DNA of 64,000 bases from Blasia pusilla (lineage: Eukaryota). Every line of letters starts with the position of its first letter. The stretch's first letter is position 1. The notes under the pieces are model-generated. The model saw nothing but the letters and a program-made list of their open reading frames with translations, had not been told where the DNA came from and ran no database searches. Of the stretch, positions 1 to 13,760 are shown piece after piece. A program made the translations under genes and the position numbers. The DNA lies in the NCBI GenBank assembly GCA_050084515.1, contig CM114271.1, forward strand, positions 31,372,001 to 31,436,000, given 5' to 3'.

Positions 1-427
1 AGAGGCCATACCTTATGTAGGGCCGCAGTGTCTAGGTAGAGATGCAATTTCATACATAGGGTTGGGGGTTACTTGATTGAGGGTGACTTTTCCAGTAGGG
101 ACCGCTCTTAGGTTGGAGGATATAAGGTGGAGTGCACTCAAAGAACAGTTAGTTCTTTGAGTTGAGCCTGTTGCGTTGGGAGTTAGCCTTGGTAGTGAGT
201 AGAGCTCTTGGCTATGGTGTTTCCCGCAAGCTTCGACCTCGATTCTCCCATCGTGGAATGGATTTGGCTCGATTGTATGTGATTCTATACGTGTTTTATG
301 ACAGTAGGTTCACGGATTTCAGTTGTGGTACACTTGTGTTTGTGGATGCTCTCGTCTATGTTATGTATGTATATGAGTATGGTATGTCAGCGATGTATGT
401 TGTATGACGATGTAAATTCGCACGACA
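1..427 (+). mobile_element. Probable 3' part of an LTR (retrotransposon remnant), cut by the window start
   Basis: TATAA-like box at ~121, then a GT-rich U5-like tract (tgtatgttgtat) ending in ...CACGACA, where composition changes abruptly. It resembles the other LTR-like ends in the window. No coding evidence. Confidence 0.35.
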
Positions 428-1249
428 TTTTTTCTAATTGGATTTTAGATTGTGTCACCCCTTGCTTACATACCAGTGAAAATTTGGGGAAAAAAAAAAA
501 CCCTATCTTAGCAGTCAATACTTCCAAAATTTGGCCATTTTTTAATAAAAGTGCCCCTATCTTTGCTTGCACGGGGGCAAGTAATCCAATGAAGGGTAAA
601 GTCCCCGAGCCCCCCTCGGCCAACACCTATGGAGTCAACGAGCAAGCTATCCAATTTGGATCTTCACACATTTATGAATTCCCACTCAAGATTACTGCAA
701 CAACGATCGGAGCAAAATCAATGAGAAAAATCATTGATGTGGAGGGAGAGAAATTTTGGAATCTCAGTCATTTGTCTAGTTGGTTTGTTTGATATCATCT
801 CTTCTTCGCTTTCTTCACACATCGTCTCCCCTCCGCTTTCTCCACAAAGTTGCTCTTCCTCAAATTACCTACTCGTTCCTTCCTTTATCTTGTTACTTTA
901 CTTTTTTGACCTGAAATTGAGTACACCATCCAATTAAGCAGAGTTGGGTGGATAGGAGTTACTTTGATTTGAAAGAACAAGTCTCAAGTTTCATAAAAAA
1001 AAATGTATGGATAAAAATAATTACCCATGTGAATAAAGGTAACCCTCTTCCAACCACCAATAAAGGCATGGCATGAGTTTGCTAGATTCAATCTCCAGAA
1101 AAAGTAGTCCAAAATGACAATTAATAGTAGAGTGCTTCACTTGGCCCATGGAAATAATACTTAATTATAATTATTCTTTAGAGAGCTTCACTTCTTATAG
1201 AAGGCAATTTCTTTCCCCTTTTAGTAATCCCCCATGCTCCATAAATAGT

Positions 1250-1900
1250 ATAGATTCCTCCATGAAAATTTGAACAATATCTTTTCTTCTCCTTCTATTT
1301 TTCCCACCCAAATAACATTGACTTTTAAATTTTTTTGTTAATTTTAATTAATTAAAATTTTCCCTTTTGAATTCGAATTCATTTTCCCTCCCAAAATATC
1401 ACATGCCAATAATTTGAAAAAAAAATTAAAAATCATTTCAAATTTTATTTTATTTTATTTAACCCTAAAAGAATAATGAAATTCCACTCTTCTAAATGAT
1501 TCCACTCTTCAATTAAAATTTAAATGATATCCCAAACCCCTAAATAAATATATCTTTCAATAAAATTTAAACAAAATTTATTCTTTCTCCACTAGAATTC
1601 ATTTCCGCTTCCCCTTAAATATAAATTAAGAAAAACATTTATTCATTTTTCTAATTATCACACTTTATTATCATTTAAGAGCACCCATTATAATACTAAT
1701 TAGTTAAATCATAAGGTATGAAGTAATAGAAAATAGAAAATTATTTTCCTCTTCCATTCAAATTCGTTGTAACCTCCTCTTCTGATTCATTTTTACCCAT
1801 CTAGTGACCTTGTGACTCAAAATTCTGACATGTTGCACTTTTGTTTTATTAATTTGTTATTTTTTTATTTTCCTTGTGTGGTCCCCCATTATAATATAAA
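1250..1900. repeat. AT-rich dispersed repeat, probably non-autonomous Helitron-derived
   Basis: The motifs cccaaaatatcacatg and attccactcttcaattaaaatttaaatgatatccc recur at ~42480-42840, ~43080-43520 and ~44940-45480, among Helitron termini. Confidence 0.5.
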
Positions 1901-4809
1901 TAGATAACTCGTCATCTTAAGCCAGTTTTTTCTCAACTGAAAATTTTAATTTCAACTAGCTACGATTACTCTTAACCTCGGATTTCCACGACCATTCATT
2001 CGAGAATAAGGGAGGGTTTTCCTTAACCACATAAGGTAAAAAACCTTGCTACTTATCTTTTTAAATGATATATTATTGAAAAATATTACTAATTATCTCA
2101 TAGATATTTTTCTTATTAAGGAAAAACCCCTTGAAATCTTCTCCTTTTTTTTTCAAAAATAAAGTTCAAGGTACCTTTTTTTCCTACTAATAGGAATCTT
2201 GGGTCCACTCCCGTTGAGGTTCTAATAGTGAGAGATTTTTTAACATGCTTTTTACTCCTTTTTTTATAATTTCCTCCAATTTTAAAAATAATAAAGACAC
2301 CATAAAGAAAAAAAATTCATATCTTTTCCAAAATGATTCGTTTTTATTTTTTCAATTTTTAAATAGATGAGAGTAAAATCCACTTTCCTACAAAAATAAA
2401 CCTCAAAATAAGGACAAAGAAAGACAATAAAATCCCAAGAAGCAATGTAATGCCACCAAGATGCATTATTGAAAAATAAGTAGTGATAACAAAGAGAGAA
2501 TGAAGACGGGGCGAGTTGATGATTTATTGATTGAGGAGAGAATACAGAGCAAATGGTTTGATGAGATAATTAAACATTCGAATACTACATATAGATTGGC
2601 GACTCATCTTATTTCATTTCCATAAGAAAAAACATAAAAAATATTTCCATCCCCTTTTAAGAAAATTTCCATTTCCTTCACAAAAAACTTCCTTATATAA
2701 TAAACCTTCTTATATAATATAGATGAAAAGAAAAAATATGAGTCACTAAATTGCATATAACTATCTATAAGTGGATCCTTCAAAGATTTCATTTAGTAAT
2801 ATAGTATTATTGAGTTTATTCTTCATGGAAATAATTCTAAATTAAATTGAACCTCGATCATAACACACTAATGAGGTATCATAAATCGTTTCTACTTCTT
2901 GCGTGATATCTTTGAGAATTGGAAAATAATTATTTCTTTCTTCTTTTGGATACTATTTTATCTATTTATATTATCTAAAAATTATTATTGATGTATTAAA
3001 ATTTCACTATTATGCATGTATTAATATATTTCTTAGATCATTACTTGTGTAGAAGATGAGGTTCCTCAATCAATCTTATCTATTTTCAATTATGATCCTT
3101 GCATTTTGAATGAATTAAGTAACATCAAATTTTAATTAAGAAAATAGTTAAAATCTTAAGGTGTTTCAATTTCTTTTGATTGTCAACATGGGACCCATAA
3201 TTCAAGTAATTTTATTTAATCATATTCAAGAATAATAGAAGATAAAAAAAATTTTGGAGAATATAATGAGTAGGTGATATTAGGGGGACCTTCACTCTTC
3301 CTACTTTGTCAAGTCCATTGATAAGGAATTAATTGTGATGCATATAGGTCTTTGGCGATGTTTTAGGTTTAATATAAGAAAACATTCGAGAAGCACCTTG
3401 AGAAATGATCAACAAGCTTTAATTTAGGTGAGCGATTTGGGAAGATTAGTCAAGGCTTGGGGGAAGAGGCTTCTTTGGGAAACAATATGGAGCTTTAGAG
3501 ACTTAGAAGTAGTTAGAGTTTGGCGGCTTCCCGACTAGTGATGGATGCCCAATCAATTGGGTCTTTGAGACTTAACCCAAGACTTTCATTTGTAAACCTC
3601 AAGGCCAAGAATGATTTGTAATAGAACAAGGAGGAGTAGATGTTGAAATCTACGACGATATAGAGGTGTGTTCAATTAGTTTTTCAATCCATAGGACCAA
3701 GTTTTTCAATCCATAAGATTTGGAATATGCTTATAATACAAATGATTTAGTTAAAGTGGATGTAGCTTCTATATAATATCTCGTGATAAGGATTGCACAT
3801 TTTTAATTTTTAAATCCACAAAAATTCTACTGCATTTACATCCTCATGCAAAGTTTATATTAGATGAACATATAAGGTGATTAGAATGTCAAGTATTACA
3901 TTGTAATACTTGAGGTTCTAATCACCTTATATGTTCAAGTTGTCCAGTGTTTCTTTCTTGTCAAGTAAAAGCCCTTTTATCTTATGATTTTTTCTTCTTC
4001 TAATACAAATATGGTATTCCAACTCACCTAAAAAAACACTCCAAGAAGTTCTTTTATCTACATAAGGCTTTTTTTTCTTCTTTCAATACAAATCTGATAT
4101 TTCAAACCACATGCAACATTACTACATTTGGAGCGACTTTGCAAGTCTCAAGAGCCGCATCAAAACTACTAAGCCCAAGCTCTCTCATCAAAGACCTAAG
4201 CAAAAAAAAAAAAAACCTATCAACCCTAGCCTATCACATTAGATCAAGATGCTCTTTCCAAAATGGAAAGTCAACTAACTTAAGGCCCAAAAACCAAGGA
4301 ATTTGAACCAAAATTATTATTGCTTCCTCAATGAGTCCAAAATAGGGGGTAATCTACACACTTAGGTTGACCACCTTCTCCGGAGCTCATCCTCAACCTT
4401 TCAACTTCAACATCTTGCCTCCCAAATTATGTCACATGGATACTCTCTACTCTACAAAGAACATTACATATCTTTCCAAGGGGTACAGTGGATGGACTCC
4501 AAGAAGTTACTCTTGAATTGTAGAGAGTGTAGGACCCTAAGAGGCTACAATGGTGTTTAAAAAGGAATTTATTGAATCAATGCAAATGAGTCCAAAAGGT
4601 TTATTTTCACTAAGGTGGCAATGTGGAGACTCGTGGTAAGAGGGTATCAAGACTTCAAAACGTTGCAGATCAAGTAGTTTGTAGTTGGAGAGATTTCTCT
4701 GTTGGAAAGTTTCCATGAAGAGTTGAAATTACAAAACCTTTACACATGATATAGCATTATTGGAGAAGCATGTATTGGAGTGAGGGTTGGGAAAATGAGA
4801 GGTTCCATC

Positions 4810-5345
4810 TGATCATTGTAGATTTAAGGGTTGGAGATCAGAATCTTGCGAAGGCTGTATCTCTCTGGTGGGTTGTGATGATGTGATTTCAAGCTGAAAT
4901 TTGTAGGGCACTTAAATTTGCTAAGACACTCTAGTCGTGAAAAGCATAATTGAGCACAATTGAGTTACAGAGAAGAAGTTGTGTGGTGTTGGAGATTCTG
5001 CTCTTTTAGATTTGAGGATTGGAGATCAGAATCTTGTAGAGGCTATATCTTTTGGATAGGTTGTTATCTCAAGCTGAAATTTGCAAGACACTTGCACATT
5101 GCCAAGGTGCACTACTCCTGGAAATTTCAAGTACAATAAAGTTACGAAAAAGAAGTTGTGTGGTGTTGAAGATTCTAATCTTGTAGATTTGAGGGTTGGA
5201 GATCAGAATCTTGCGGAAGTTGTATCTTTGTGGTGGATTGTGATCTCAAGATGAAATATCTAGGAAACTTGGATGTTGCCAAGACACACTACTCCTGAAA
5301 ATTTCAAGCACAACCAAGTAACAGAGAAGAAGTTGTGTGATGACA
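4810..5345. repeat. Three diverged tandem copies of a ~180-bp unit
   Basis: ttggagatcagaatcttg recurs at ~4831, ~5019 and ~5196; agaagttgtgtg recurs at ~4974, ~5151 and ~5328. Confidence 0.8.
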
Positions 5346-5421
5346 TGTTGTTTTAGCTTCTCCCAAGTTTCACTTAGATCCTCGTAAAAAATATCTTCAC
5401 ATGGTAGATTTATAAGAACAC

Positions 5422-6280
5422 TTGACTCACAATGTATGGAGCCATGACCCAAAGATGACAAGTTTGCAAGTAACCCAATTGCTCAAGAACATTGCATCCA
5501 AGTTCTTTTCTCGAAATCAGGATAAATGTGCTAGAAGGCTACCTTGTAATGGGTGGTTTTACTCCGACTTTAAGCATGCAAGGTTAAAATCAGTGGATAA
5601 ATCTTTGGATATCCTAAATCGGATTGTCATGACAAGCCTTTACAAAAATTTGGTGAAATCTAAGAAACAAGCATTCTTGCGGCGCAAGGAGGAGTCTCTC
5701 ACAAGGAAACTCCACAACAATCCCAAATCATTTTGGAAACGGTTAGTGGTACAATCATGAAAATCTACTTTTGATCCCAAGTCGTTGATATCTTTTGCCG
5801 CAAAGCTTTATTTCTTCCCCCATGCTGTATCTACGCCTCGTTGTGAAGGCATACCAGGATTATTCTCTGAAGCTAAGGTAATGACTCAACTTAGAAAACT
5901 AGCAAATGGAAGATGCAAAGATTTGGATGGTCTTTTTGTTGAAATTTTTCAAGTAGGGAGGAGATTCTATCATGCCGATCCTCACCAAAGTATTGGGAGA
6001 TACTATTATCTATGATTTTCCTACTACTTGGTCACCACAGGAGATTATTCCTATTCACAAATTAGGAAGGAAGGATTTGGTGACAAACTATCGTACAATC
6101 ATGGTGGATAGTGTTTTTGTCAAAAAATTTGGGAAATTGGTGGAGTCAAAGTTGAGCACATGGACACAGTCTTCCCAAAAGAGAGCACGAGTCCAAGCTA
6201 GTTTTTGGCCAACATACAACACCATCACCATATCTTGGACTTACGTGTTCTATGGGAGAATTCTAAGAGCAATTATCACA
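5422..6280 (+). pseudogene. LINE (non-LTR retrotransposon) ORF2, 5' half: pre-RT region and RT domains 0-2, degraded
   Basis: NNPKSFWK; KLANGRCKDLDGL; IIPIHKLGRKDLVTNYRTIMV; QASF(W)P. Frameshifted, and interrupted at ~6280. Confidence 0.85.
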
Positions 6281-6346
6281 TCTTAGTAGCCGATAGGTAG
6301 AGATCTATCATGGCGACGGCATAGAGAGCCAACGGACTGTCTTGAG

Positions 6347-6727
6347 TGTAACTTCGTCCTGAGGTATGAGATGAGGTTGAGGATAGGTCCATTATGCCAG
6401 GAATGTTGTTTCTGACGACTTTCTTGTTGGGTTCTTTCACACCCGGGTGACTTGTTCAGCAGGTCACCCGCCCCTGGTAACCTGTGCGCGTAGGTTACAA
6501 GGGGGTTGCTATTTTTCCACACCTATATAAGGAAGCAAGATGGCTTTTCCAAGCCATCTTTCTCATGTTGGGCCGTTGGAGCACCATTCTTGCTCGTGTG
6601 TGTGAGTAAGGACCAGGGTGTTAGCGTACGGATTCCCTGACAGCATAGGATGGACGAGGCTTGATATGCCGATGTAGACTAAGGAGTGGAGTTTTAGGCC
6701 GGGTATGCCGTTTTTACTCTTATTTTT
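6347..6727 (+). repeat. LTR copy 1 (5' LTR, interrupted by later insertions)
   Basis: Begins TGTAACTTCGTCC and aligns by eye with 17334-17686 (gaggttgaggataggtcc, ggttctttcac, tcacccgccc, ggaccagggtgttagcgt). Confidence 0.75.
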
Positions 6728-7266
6728 ACATGAGAAATATGCGAGGGAGCAAGGGGAATTTTTTGTTTGCAAGTAGGCAAGCGAGTTGCCTCGATGGTGA
6801 GCCTCTAGAGACGCTGGTTGGCGTTGCGTGAAGCAATTGTCGTTTCAGGTGTTTGTATTTTGAGTTGAAAGGTCGGGCGTAGAAGCACTGTTCATTTCTT
6901 CAGGAGATTCACTAGAGTGAATTGACGGAGAGAACTTCCTAGTGTAGCGGTCGAAATTCCAGGAGAAGGGTTGTCAATTATCTGGAGGTGGAGCTGGAGG
7001 TAGGGCATCCGAGGCAAGAGTGTAGCGTTTTAGCCGACGTTGGAGCAGAGAAAAAGACGCAGCCTGGGGAGTTAGAGGGTGAAGCGCAAGAGTGCCTTAG
7101 AGATTGGAAGCCGGGAGCGGAAGAAGAAGAAAAAATAATGAGGCCGCTCATGAAGGCCATGGGGGGTAGCATCGCATTAAGCCCCACCAAGAGTGCCGCA
7201 GGCTCATAGGGCATTGTGCCTAGAGTGCTGCAAGGGCGCCACATAGGACAAAAAGTGGAGAGTAGG

Positions 7267-7564
7267 CAAGATTGCATGCGTACAAAGTCCGTGTCCGTCC
7301 TATAGAAGGACTTGTCCGTATGGACCCCACCTTTCCCTTCTTTCTCATTCCCCTTACTTGCCTTCTTGTTCCACACTCCCCCATTTCTTCCTCCCTCCAC
7401 CACCACTCCCTCCTCCCTCATTGCTCCTCTTATTCTTGCCTTGCCTTCCATCATGGACTAAAAGTGTGGGTCCCACCTCTTGGAACCCATGTCTGTGGAC
7501 ATGTCCAAAATTGTCCGTCTATGTCCGTCCTAAGGAAGGACTTGTCCATTTTTATGCAACCATG
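7267..7564. mobile_element. hAT-type MITE (~298 bp)
   Basis: Perfect 8-bp TSD AGAGTAGG (7259-7266 and 7565-7572). TIRs CAAGATTGCAT / CATGGTTGCAT match 9 of 11. Subterminal tgtccgtcc repeats. A related end occurs at ~56313-56393. Confidence 0.8.
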
Positions 7565-8199
7565 AGAGTAGGAGGAAGGCGGGGCTAGCAAAAGGGAGCG
7601 GGAGTTCAAGAGGCATCCTAGAGGTAGACCTATGTATGGCTGCGTGCCAGGGAGTTAAGGCACGGTATGAAGAGAGCATGCCATAAAGTCGGGCGGCTGA
7701 GCGTGAACGGGGAGTAAGAGTTCAGAGCCGTAAAAGTAGGGTGTAGCTGCCACGCAGCTAAGAAAAGAGGTGCGAAGACATGAGGACAGGGCCGTAGCCA
7801 CATAGGGTGGCGTGTTGTATAATGAAATAGCCGCGCCTAAAACAATGTATGGGCTAGTCGAAGGTGAAACAACAATGCATAAGGGCATGTGCCCAAATGC
7901 AGTGACCAAGTAGAGGCATAGTGGGCGGGAGAAGTCGGGAGGAAGATATGATTGGGCACCACGCAGCTATGTTGGTAGGATGTGTCATAGGGACGCGTGC
8001 CAGAGGGACATAAAGACAGCTATGGAAGGAAGATGTTGTGGACAGAAAGAGCGACGGATGGGAGGTGTACACAGGGCCATGGGGGTTGGAGCAACATGTA
8101 AAGAGAGGACGGAGGTAACGATGTTAACAAAGGCAATGAGACACGCGTGTGGTTGTACGTAATGGGGCGCATAGTTGGAGGTCTGAGGCCATGGGAAGT

Positions 8200-8929
8200 A
8201 GAGAATACAAAAACTTTAATAGAAACTAGGATGGAAAACCCATCGGGATACAAAGAAGGGGGGGCATAGAGAGCCAAAAAATTCGCATGCCGAAACCAGC
8301 CCCGAAGAGACAAAAGGGGGCCTCCCCCCCTAACGATCAAAATCACCAACAACAGAGACAATATCAGCAACACCTTTAGAACTATGGCTACTACTAAGTG
8401 GGCCTCTAGCATTGGTGTTTCCAACCGCCTCAGCCCGTCGCAAAAGCCCATTTTCTTGGGCACGCTGCAAAACTATGGAGACCCGTTGCCTACAATAAAG
8501 TATCGCAATGGCTAAGGACAACCCATTTCTTGACTGGAGATGATGGGCGCAATCCCTAAGGAACGAGTCAAACTTCTCCCCCATAGCCCCATGGGAACTG
8601 CTGGATGGGAGTGTAGGAGTCGACGTCGGAAGGAGTTTGGAAGGAGAGAAAGTACATGGGTGGAGGAGACGGACTTGGGAGTTAGTGAGAAGGATTGTAC
8701 AAAGCAGGACTAGAGTCACTAGACAAGGGCTGCTGCATAGGGTTTAGGGCCGCATAGAGTTAATGCGTAAGGGGGGAGGTAGCTCAAAGTCTCGGACGGA
8801 GTCACGCAGGGCTAGACAAGGACGCGAGAGAGGGAGCCACGGTTTGGGAAAGGATGAAGGAGCTCCGAGAAGCTTGGGAGCTGCATAGGGACGCACATCA
8901 GGAGAAGGGGGTCCAACGTCCGGGGAGAA
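8200..8929 (-). pseudogene. CRE/R2-like non-LTR retrotransposon, C-terminal REL-endonuclease region and 3' UTR
   Basis: ORF 8330-8719 contains SHGAMGEKFDSFLRD...RQRVSIVLQRAQ, typical of the C-terminus of REL-clade elements. Confidence 0.65.
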
Positions 8930-9368
8930 CCGGCAAATAGTGTAAAGCTGGCCGGTTAGAATCCGAAATTGACAAAAATTAGCTGGCTGAGATTCCAACG
9001 GCATCAAGGGATATTCTGGCAATTGGATGGCCGGGATTTCTTCAGCCGGAAATGTGCCATTTTCCGGGATGACTACGCCGGAATATTTCATCTCCCGGTC
9101 ACTTCCCCCGGATTCCTTCCGGATTGCATTTTACGGAGGTCAGAATTTTGCTGGACCACTTTCAAGTGGTCGGAATACCAGATAGAAGGTGGGAACCATT
9201 AGATCTTGGTCGTCTGAGGTAGGGCAGCCACAACGTTAGGACCCAAGGGAACGTCACTGAGTGATCGAAGGCTGGAACGGGTCCATTCCCCAAACTCCAT
9301 CCTGTGTGCTCGAGCGGGTCGAGCGACTCGAGCCTGGATTCTGGAATCATTTGCGTTTGCACTAGCTC

Positions 9369-9771
9369 ACTCTGCTGCGAGTCCCGAGTCCCATGCGCAT
9401 TATGCTCGTCAAAACTTTGAAGTGCCAAATTTTTCAGAGACCCACATCTTTGATTCCTCACTCTGAGTCCCTTACGCAGCAACTACGGTGAAGCCGCACT
9501 AGAGAGTCAAGAGCTCGCGAGTTGGCTTCTTTGGACCAGTTAAGCTAGTTGTTCTATTGTTTTTTCAGCACTCTGCTGCGAGTCCCTAGTCCCATGCGCA
9601 TTATGCTCGTCAAAACTTTGAAGTGCCAAATTTTTCAGAGACCCACATCTTTGATTCCTCACTCTGAGTCCCTTACGCGGCTACTGCGGTGAAGCCGCGC
9701 TAGAGAGTCAAGTGCTCGCTAGTTGGCTTCTTTGGACTAGTTAAGCCAGCTATTCTATTGTTTTTTCAGCA
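9369..9771. repeat. Tandem duplication of a ~200-bp unit inside the hAT element
   Basis: ctctgctgcgagtccc...ttctattgttttttcagca occurs twice with few substitutions. Confidence 0.9.
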
Positions 9772-10699
9772 CGAGCTTTGAACCTCATTTGCGTTTGCAG
9801 TGTCTTCCGAGTCCTGTGCACACTGTAGTGTGCGAAGTGCTCTTCTGAAGTTTCGAGTCTCTTCAACATTTTCAGTCTTGTTTGATTCCTCACCTTGGTT
9901 CCCTGACGCGGCTGCGGCGAAGCCCTGGTCGAGGGACGAGTTTTGGGGAGTCGGGAGTAGTCGTCCTCGGGCTTTTCGGTTGTTGTCTAGGTTTTTGCTC
10001 GAGTGCTCAAGAGTGGTCCCGACTCTTGGGGCCTTCTCTGTTGTTATCCTTTTTATGCTCGAGCATTGGGAACTTGGGACTCGGTATGCTGGGGCCTTTC
10101 TAGGCTGTTCTTGCTTTTTTCTGCCTTGAGTTTCTACACTAATTAGTGCATGGAAGTCCGCGTGTTCGGGCCAGCTCGGCTCTTTTTCCCTTCTTCTCAC
10201 GCACCGACAACAGGCTCTTCCCTTTTTCGGCGGCAACGCTGTGTTTCTCTTGCATTTTTCTTGTCTGAATTTGTTCTTTCCGCAATCGCCGTTCCTCTCC
10301 GGGCTTCAGATTGCACTCACTGCTTAGAATTTTTGATCTATCTCTCCTCTCGACCTTAGCTTTGCTCTACTCTGGAGAGTCAGAGGCCCTATTTTTCGTT
10401 CTTGATCTTGGTTTGGGGTCTGCTTTGCTCTCGGGTTTGGCAGTAGAAAGTGATTTCGCTTAGAGTCTTGGTTTTCCTAACTTCCGCCTTTTACTCTTAG
10501 TCTCTAAGTCTTGGACTCTTGGCTGCCACCTTTCTTTTGCTGTCAACGAGTTTTGCTCTTGTCTAGAAGATGAGGCCTTGGGCCCCCCTCTCGTTTAGAC
10601 CAAAACCTTTGTTAACCCTTCATTGTCTCAGATATGGCTAAGAGACAGCAAACCATGAGCGAGATGTTGGCCAAAGCCAAGACTTTCCAGAGAACTCAA

Positions 10700-12836
10700 G
10701 CCGGTCAGGGTCCTCAGATGGGAGGGAAAATGGGAATTCGGGTACTCCTTCCAATAGTCTAATTGAGAAGAATCAACTGGCTTGGAAGGATGTCTGGTAT
10801 AGCTTATTTGACTGGACAGAGTTTCATGCAAAATTTGGTAGAATATTTTGTAAGGTTTGCAAACAAGGAAAGGGTAAGAATTCCTTTGCAAGGGATGGTG
10901 CCATAAATTGTAAGGTTTCAGCCTTTACAGATCATGGCAAATCGATTGAGCATATGAAACTTTCTTGGGATGCTAATATAGGACACAGGTCAATGGCCAA
11001 GGCCATTGCCACTACTAATCGGACTTGTGACAAAGCCTTGTTAACATTGTTCAAGTGTGCATACTTCATCGCCAAGGAATCATTGGCTTTTGCCAAATTC
11101 CCGAATTTGTGTAAGTTGTTACTTTCAATGTATGCACCAATTACCCGAGATTTATACCAAGATGAGAAGACTTGTGCTGATATGTGTTATTATATTAGTC
11201 AGGTAGTCCATAGAAGGACACTTTTAAAAGTTCAACAATCTCGTTTCTTTGGGATCATGATTGATGAGTCCACTGATATTTCAGTAACGGGCCATCTCAT
11301 TGTATTTGCAACTTACTTATAAGAAGGGCAGGTTGAGAATTCGTTCTTAGGATTGTTGCAATGTCCAGAGAAATGTTCAAATGCCATTACTAATAATCTT
11401 TTGGAGTTGATCAAGGACTCGGGACTAGAGAGTTCAAAGATGGTGGCTTTTGGATCAGACGGAGCCTCAACTATGGTAGGTAGTCAGAATGGAGTAGCAT
11501 CTCAGTTGAAGTTGAAGGCAAACCCGTTTTTGCTCTCTGTACATTGTGTTGCACATAGGACCAATCTTGCTTCTTTGACAGCAGCCAAAGGACCAGGTTG
11601 TAAAGATGTATCTATAGAGATTGATTCCATCTTGAATTCTATAGCTAGATACTTTAGAAGGTCCTCAAAGAGGAAGTGTGCTCTTGCAACTTTCCAAGAG
11701 AAGTTGAATGACTCTCAGAAGGTCATGAAGAGATATCATAAAATTTGTTGGTTGTCTCGATGGCAAGCCGTGACTACTTTGTGTGACTCCTTGGAATCTG
11801 TCCTCGCCTATTTCAGGGATATTCCCCACTGTGAAGATGATGGTAACGCTACTAACATGTACAACAAGTTGAGATCATTTGAAATGATCTATCAGTTGTA
11901 CTTTTTGGCAGACATATTGTTCATCCTTGCTAATTTGAGTAAGGTTTTCCAATATAAATTTGTAGATGTCAGTACTATTGGTAGTATTGTAAATTCTGAG
12001 ATTGCCTCTATTACAATGAACTTTGTAATGGAGAATCATGACTTGAATGCTTCTACATTCTCTGAAGAAACAGGTTATCATCTCTTACCTGATTTTGGAC
12101 CCCTTGGTGGATACTTGAAACGATTGCAATCTGAGATTAGGGGTAGAAAGTTCCATAGCATTTAAATGTTGAGAGATCGTACGGTAAAGGATTTGCAAGC
12201 TGCTCTAACTTTCCAGAAGAACTTTGCTGAGAATGTATGTGTAGCCTTACATGATAGATTTATGGACAATGAAATAGTTTGATAGGTGCAATGAAAATTA
12301 TGAATCCTCTTCACATGCCCTCAAGGTTAGTAGGATTGAATAGTTGGGGTTGCAAGGAAGTGGATGATCTTTGCGAACATTTTGGAAGGGAAAAGCCTTT
12401 GAGGGGTCACTTGCAACCACCTCTTGTGAATTCAGCAAGTGTGAAGTCAGAGTTTCAATCATTTAAGCTCGTGGCCATCACATAATGGAAAGATAGAAAC
12501 TTTCGAGATTTGTGGGCAATGGTAAGTTGGAGCCCATCTCTGCAATGTAAGTTCTCTAATTTTCTTGTATTAGCTAACATTGCTAGGGTACAATGTGTGA
12601 GTACAACAATATGTGAGAGAGCCTTCTCTATGCGGAATTTGATCAAGACAAAAAGTCGTAATCGATTGACAACTAAGCATTTAGATGTTGTTCTCAGGAT
12701 AGCTCTAGAAGGTAAGATACTTGGTTATGAGGATTTTTTGGTAGAATCAATAATCCTGTGGAAAAATTCTGCTAACTTTAGATATGTGTATTCTAATCCA
12801 CAGAGATATGTGATGGTAAGGATGATACTCCACTAG
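10700..12836 (+). pseudogene. hAT transposase, ZNF862-like (DUF4371 plus hATC dimerisation domain), with stops and frameshifts
   Basis: FCKVC zinc-finger remnant; IMIDESTDIS; FGSDGASTMVG; HCVAHRTNL; WLSRW; STTICERAFS..NLIKTKSRNRL. Confidence 0.9.
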
Positions 12837-13351
12837 AGGTTGCAAATGTAGAGGATTCTCCAAGTGCACCAATTTCAAATGTTTAGTTGGTGGGAAGAGA
12901 GATGTGAGAGGTCCCTTTCATAATGTATTGAAGATTTGTTCTAAATCTTCAATGTATTAGGAAGGGGTAGGATACTTGGCTCCCGGTTGGGTGGAGGCCT
13001 AGCCAGGTTCAATTCGTGCCAAGGATGTTAAATGTGGGTTATAGCAAGGGAGGAAAGAGTTTAGGGACCCAAGGAGATGGAACCGGGAATTAGAAGAATT
13101 GAACATGGAGTGAACCGCTATGAGCAAGAAATAGCAAAGGTGAAAATTTTGAGTGGGAATTTCTTTTTATCCGGTTGAAATTTTGGCTGCCAGAAATTTT
13201 AAAAAAAAATTTTCGGGGAATTTTTAAAAAAATCGGATAATCACTGGAAAATAAATAAAATGTCATAAATTTTCCGTCTGGAAAAATAGTAGCCTTTTTT
13301 TGCCGACCTACTTTTCCCAAAAACCGTCATACTTAAAAGCCTACAGGCAAC

Positions 13352-13760
13352 CAGCGGGTTTCCGCCAAAAAGCTCCCCGGACCTTGAGGGGGTCACATCA
13401 GGCAGGAAGGGAGAGGGTGAGGGAGCCATCATGGCTCCAAAGATAGAGGAGTTAGGGAGGCCACGCGCGGGCCAAGGCCTCCCATGCAGTTAAGGAAGGT
13501 TGAGATCCGAGAGGAGGAAGGGAGAGCGGGCAATGTAAACATAACGGGCCGTGGGTCAAGACATAAGAGGGGAGAGTCCCTCCATAGGGACGCATGCACG
13601 TAGAGGGCTGGAAGGTGTGAGTTTGGAGAAGGGAGGTCGGTAGCAGGAGGGAGAGAAAGAAAAGGAGCCAGAAGCCGCACTAGCGGGAGAGAGGACGCAT
13701 GCCAAAGAAGGCGACATGTAGCTAGCTGAAGCCCACTGGGTTGGGGTTGGATATGGTTAA
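13352..13760 (-). pseudogene. Upstream (post-RT) part of the same CRE-like element, split off by the hAT insertion
   Basis: MGGLG motif of REL-clade elements, and continuity with 8929 across the hAT TSD. Confidence 0.5.

Larger units (their letters stand above)
8938..13343 (+). mobile_element. hAT DNA transposon (~4.4 kb), degenerate
   Basis: TAG...CTA termini, an imperfect 8-bp TSD (CCGGCAAA 8930-8937 / CAGGCAAC 13344-13351), ccgg-rich subterminal regions and an internal transposase. The flanking minus-strand element reads through when it is removed (NPLVAC|RFSPDV). Confidence 0.8.

Noticed and set aside
3280-4750. Possible LINE ORF1 or endonuclease upstream of the RT
   Set aside because: Position fits, but the sequence is too degraded for any motif to be read with confidence.
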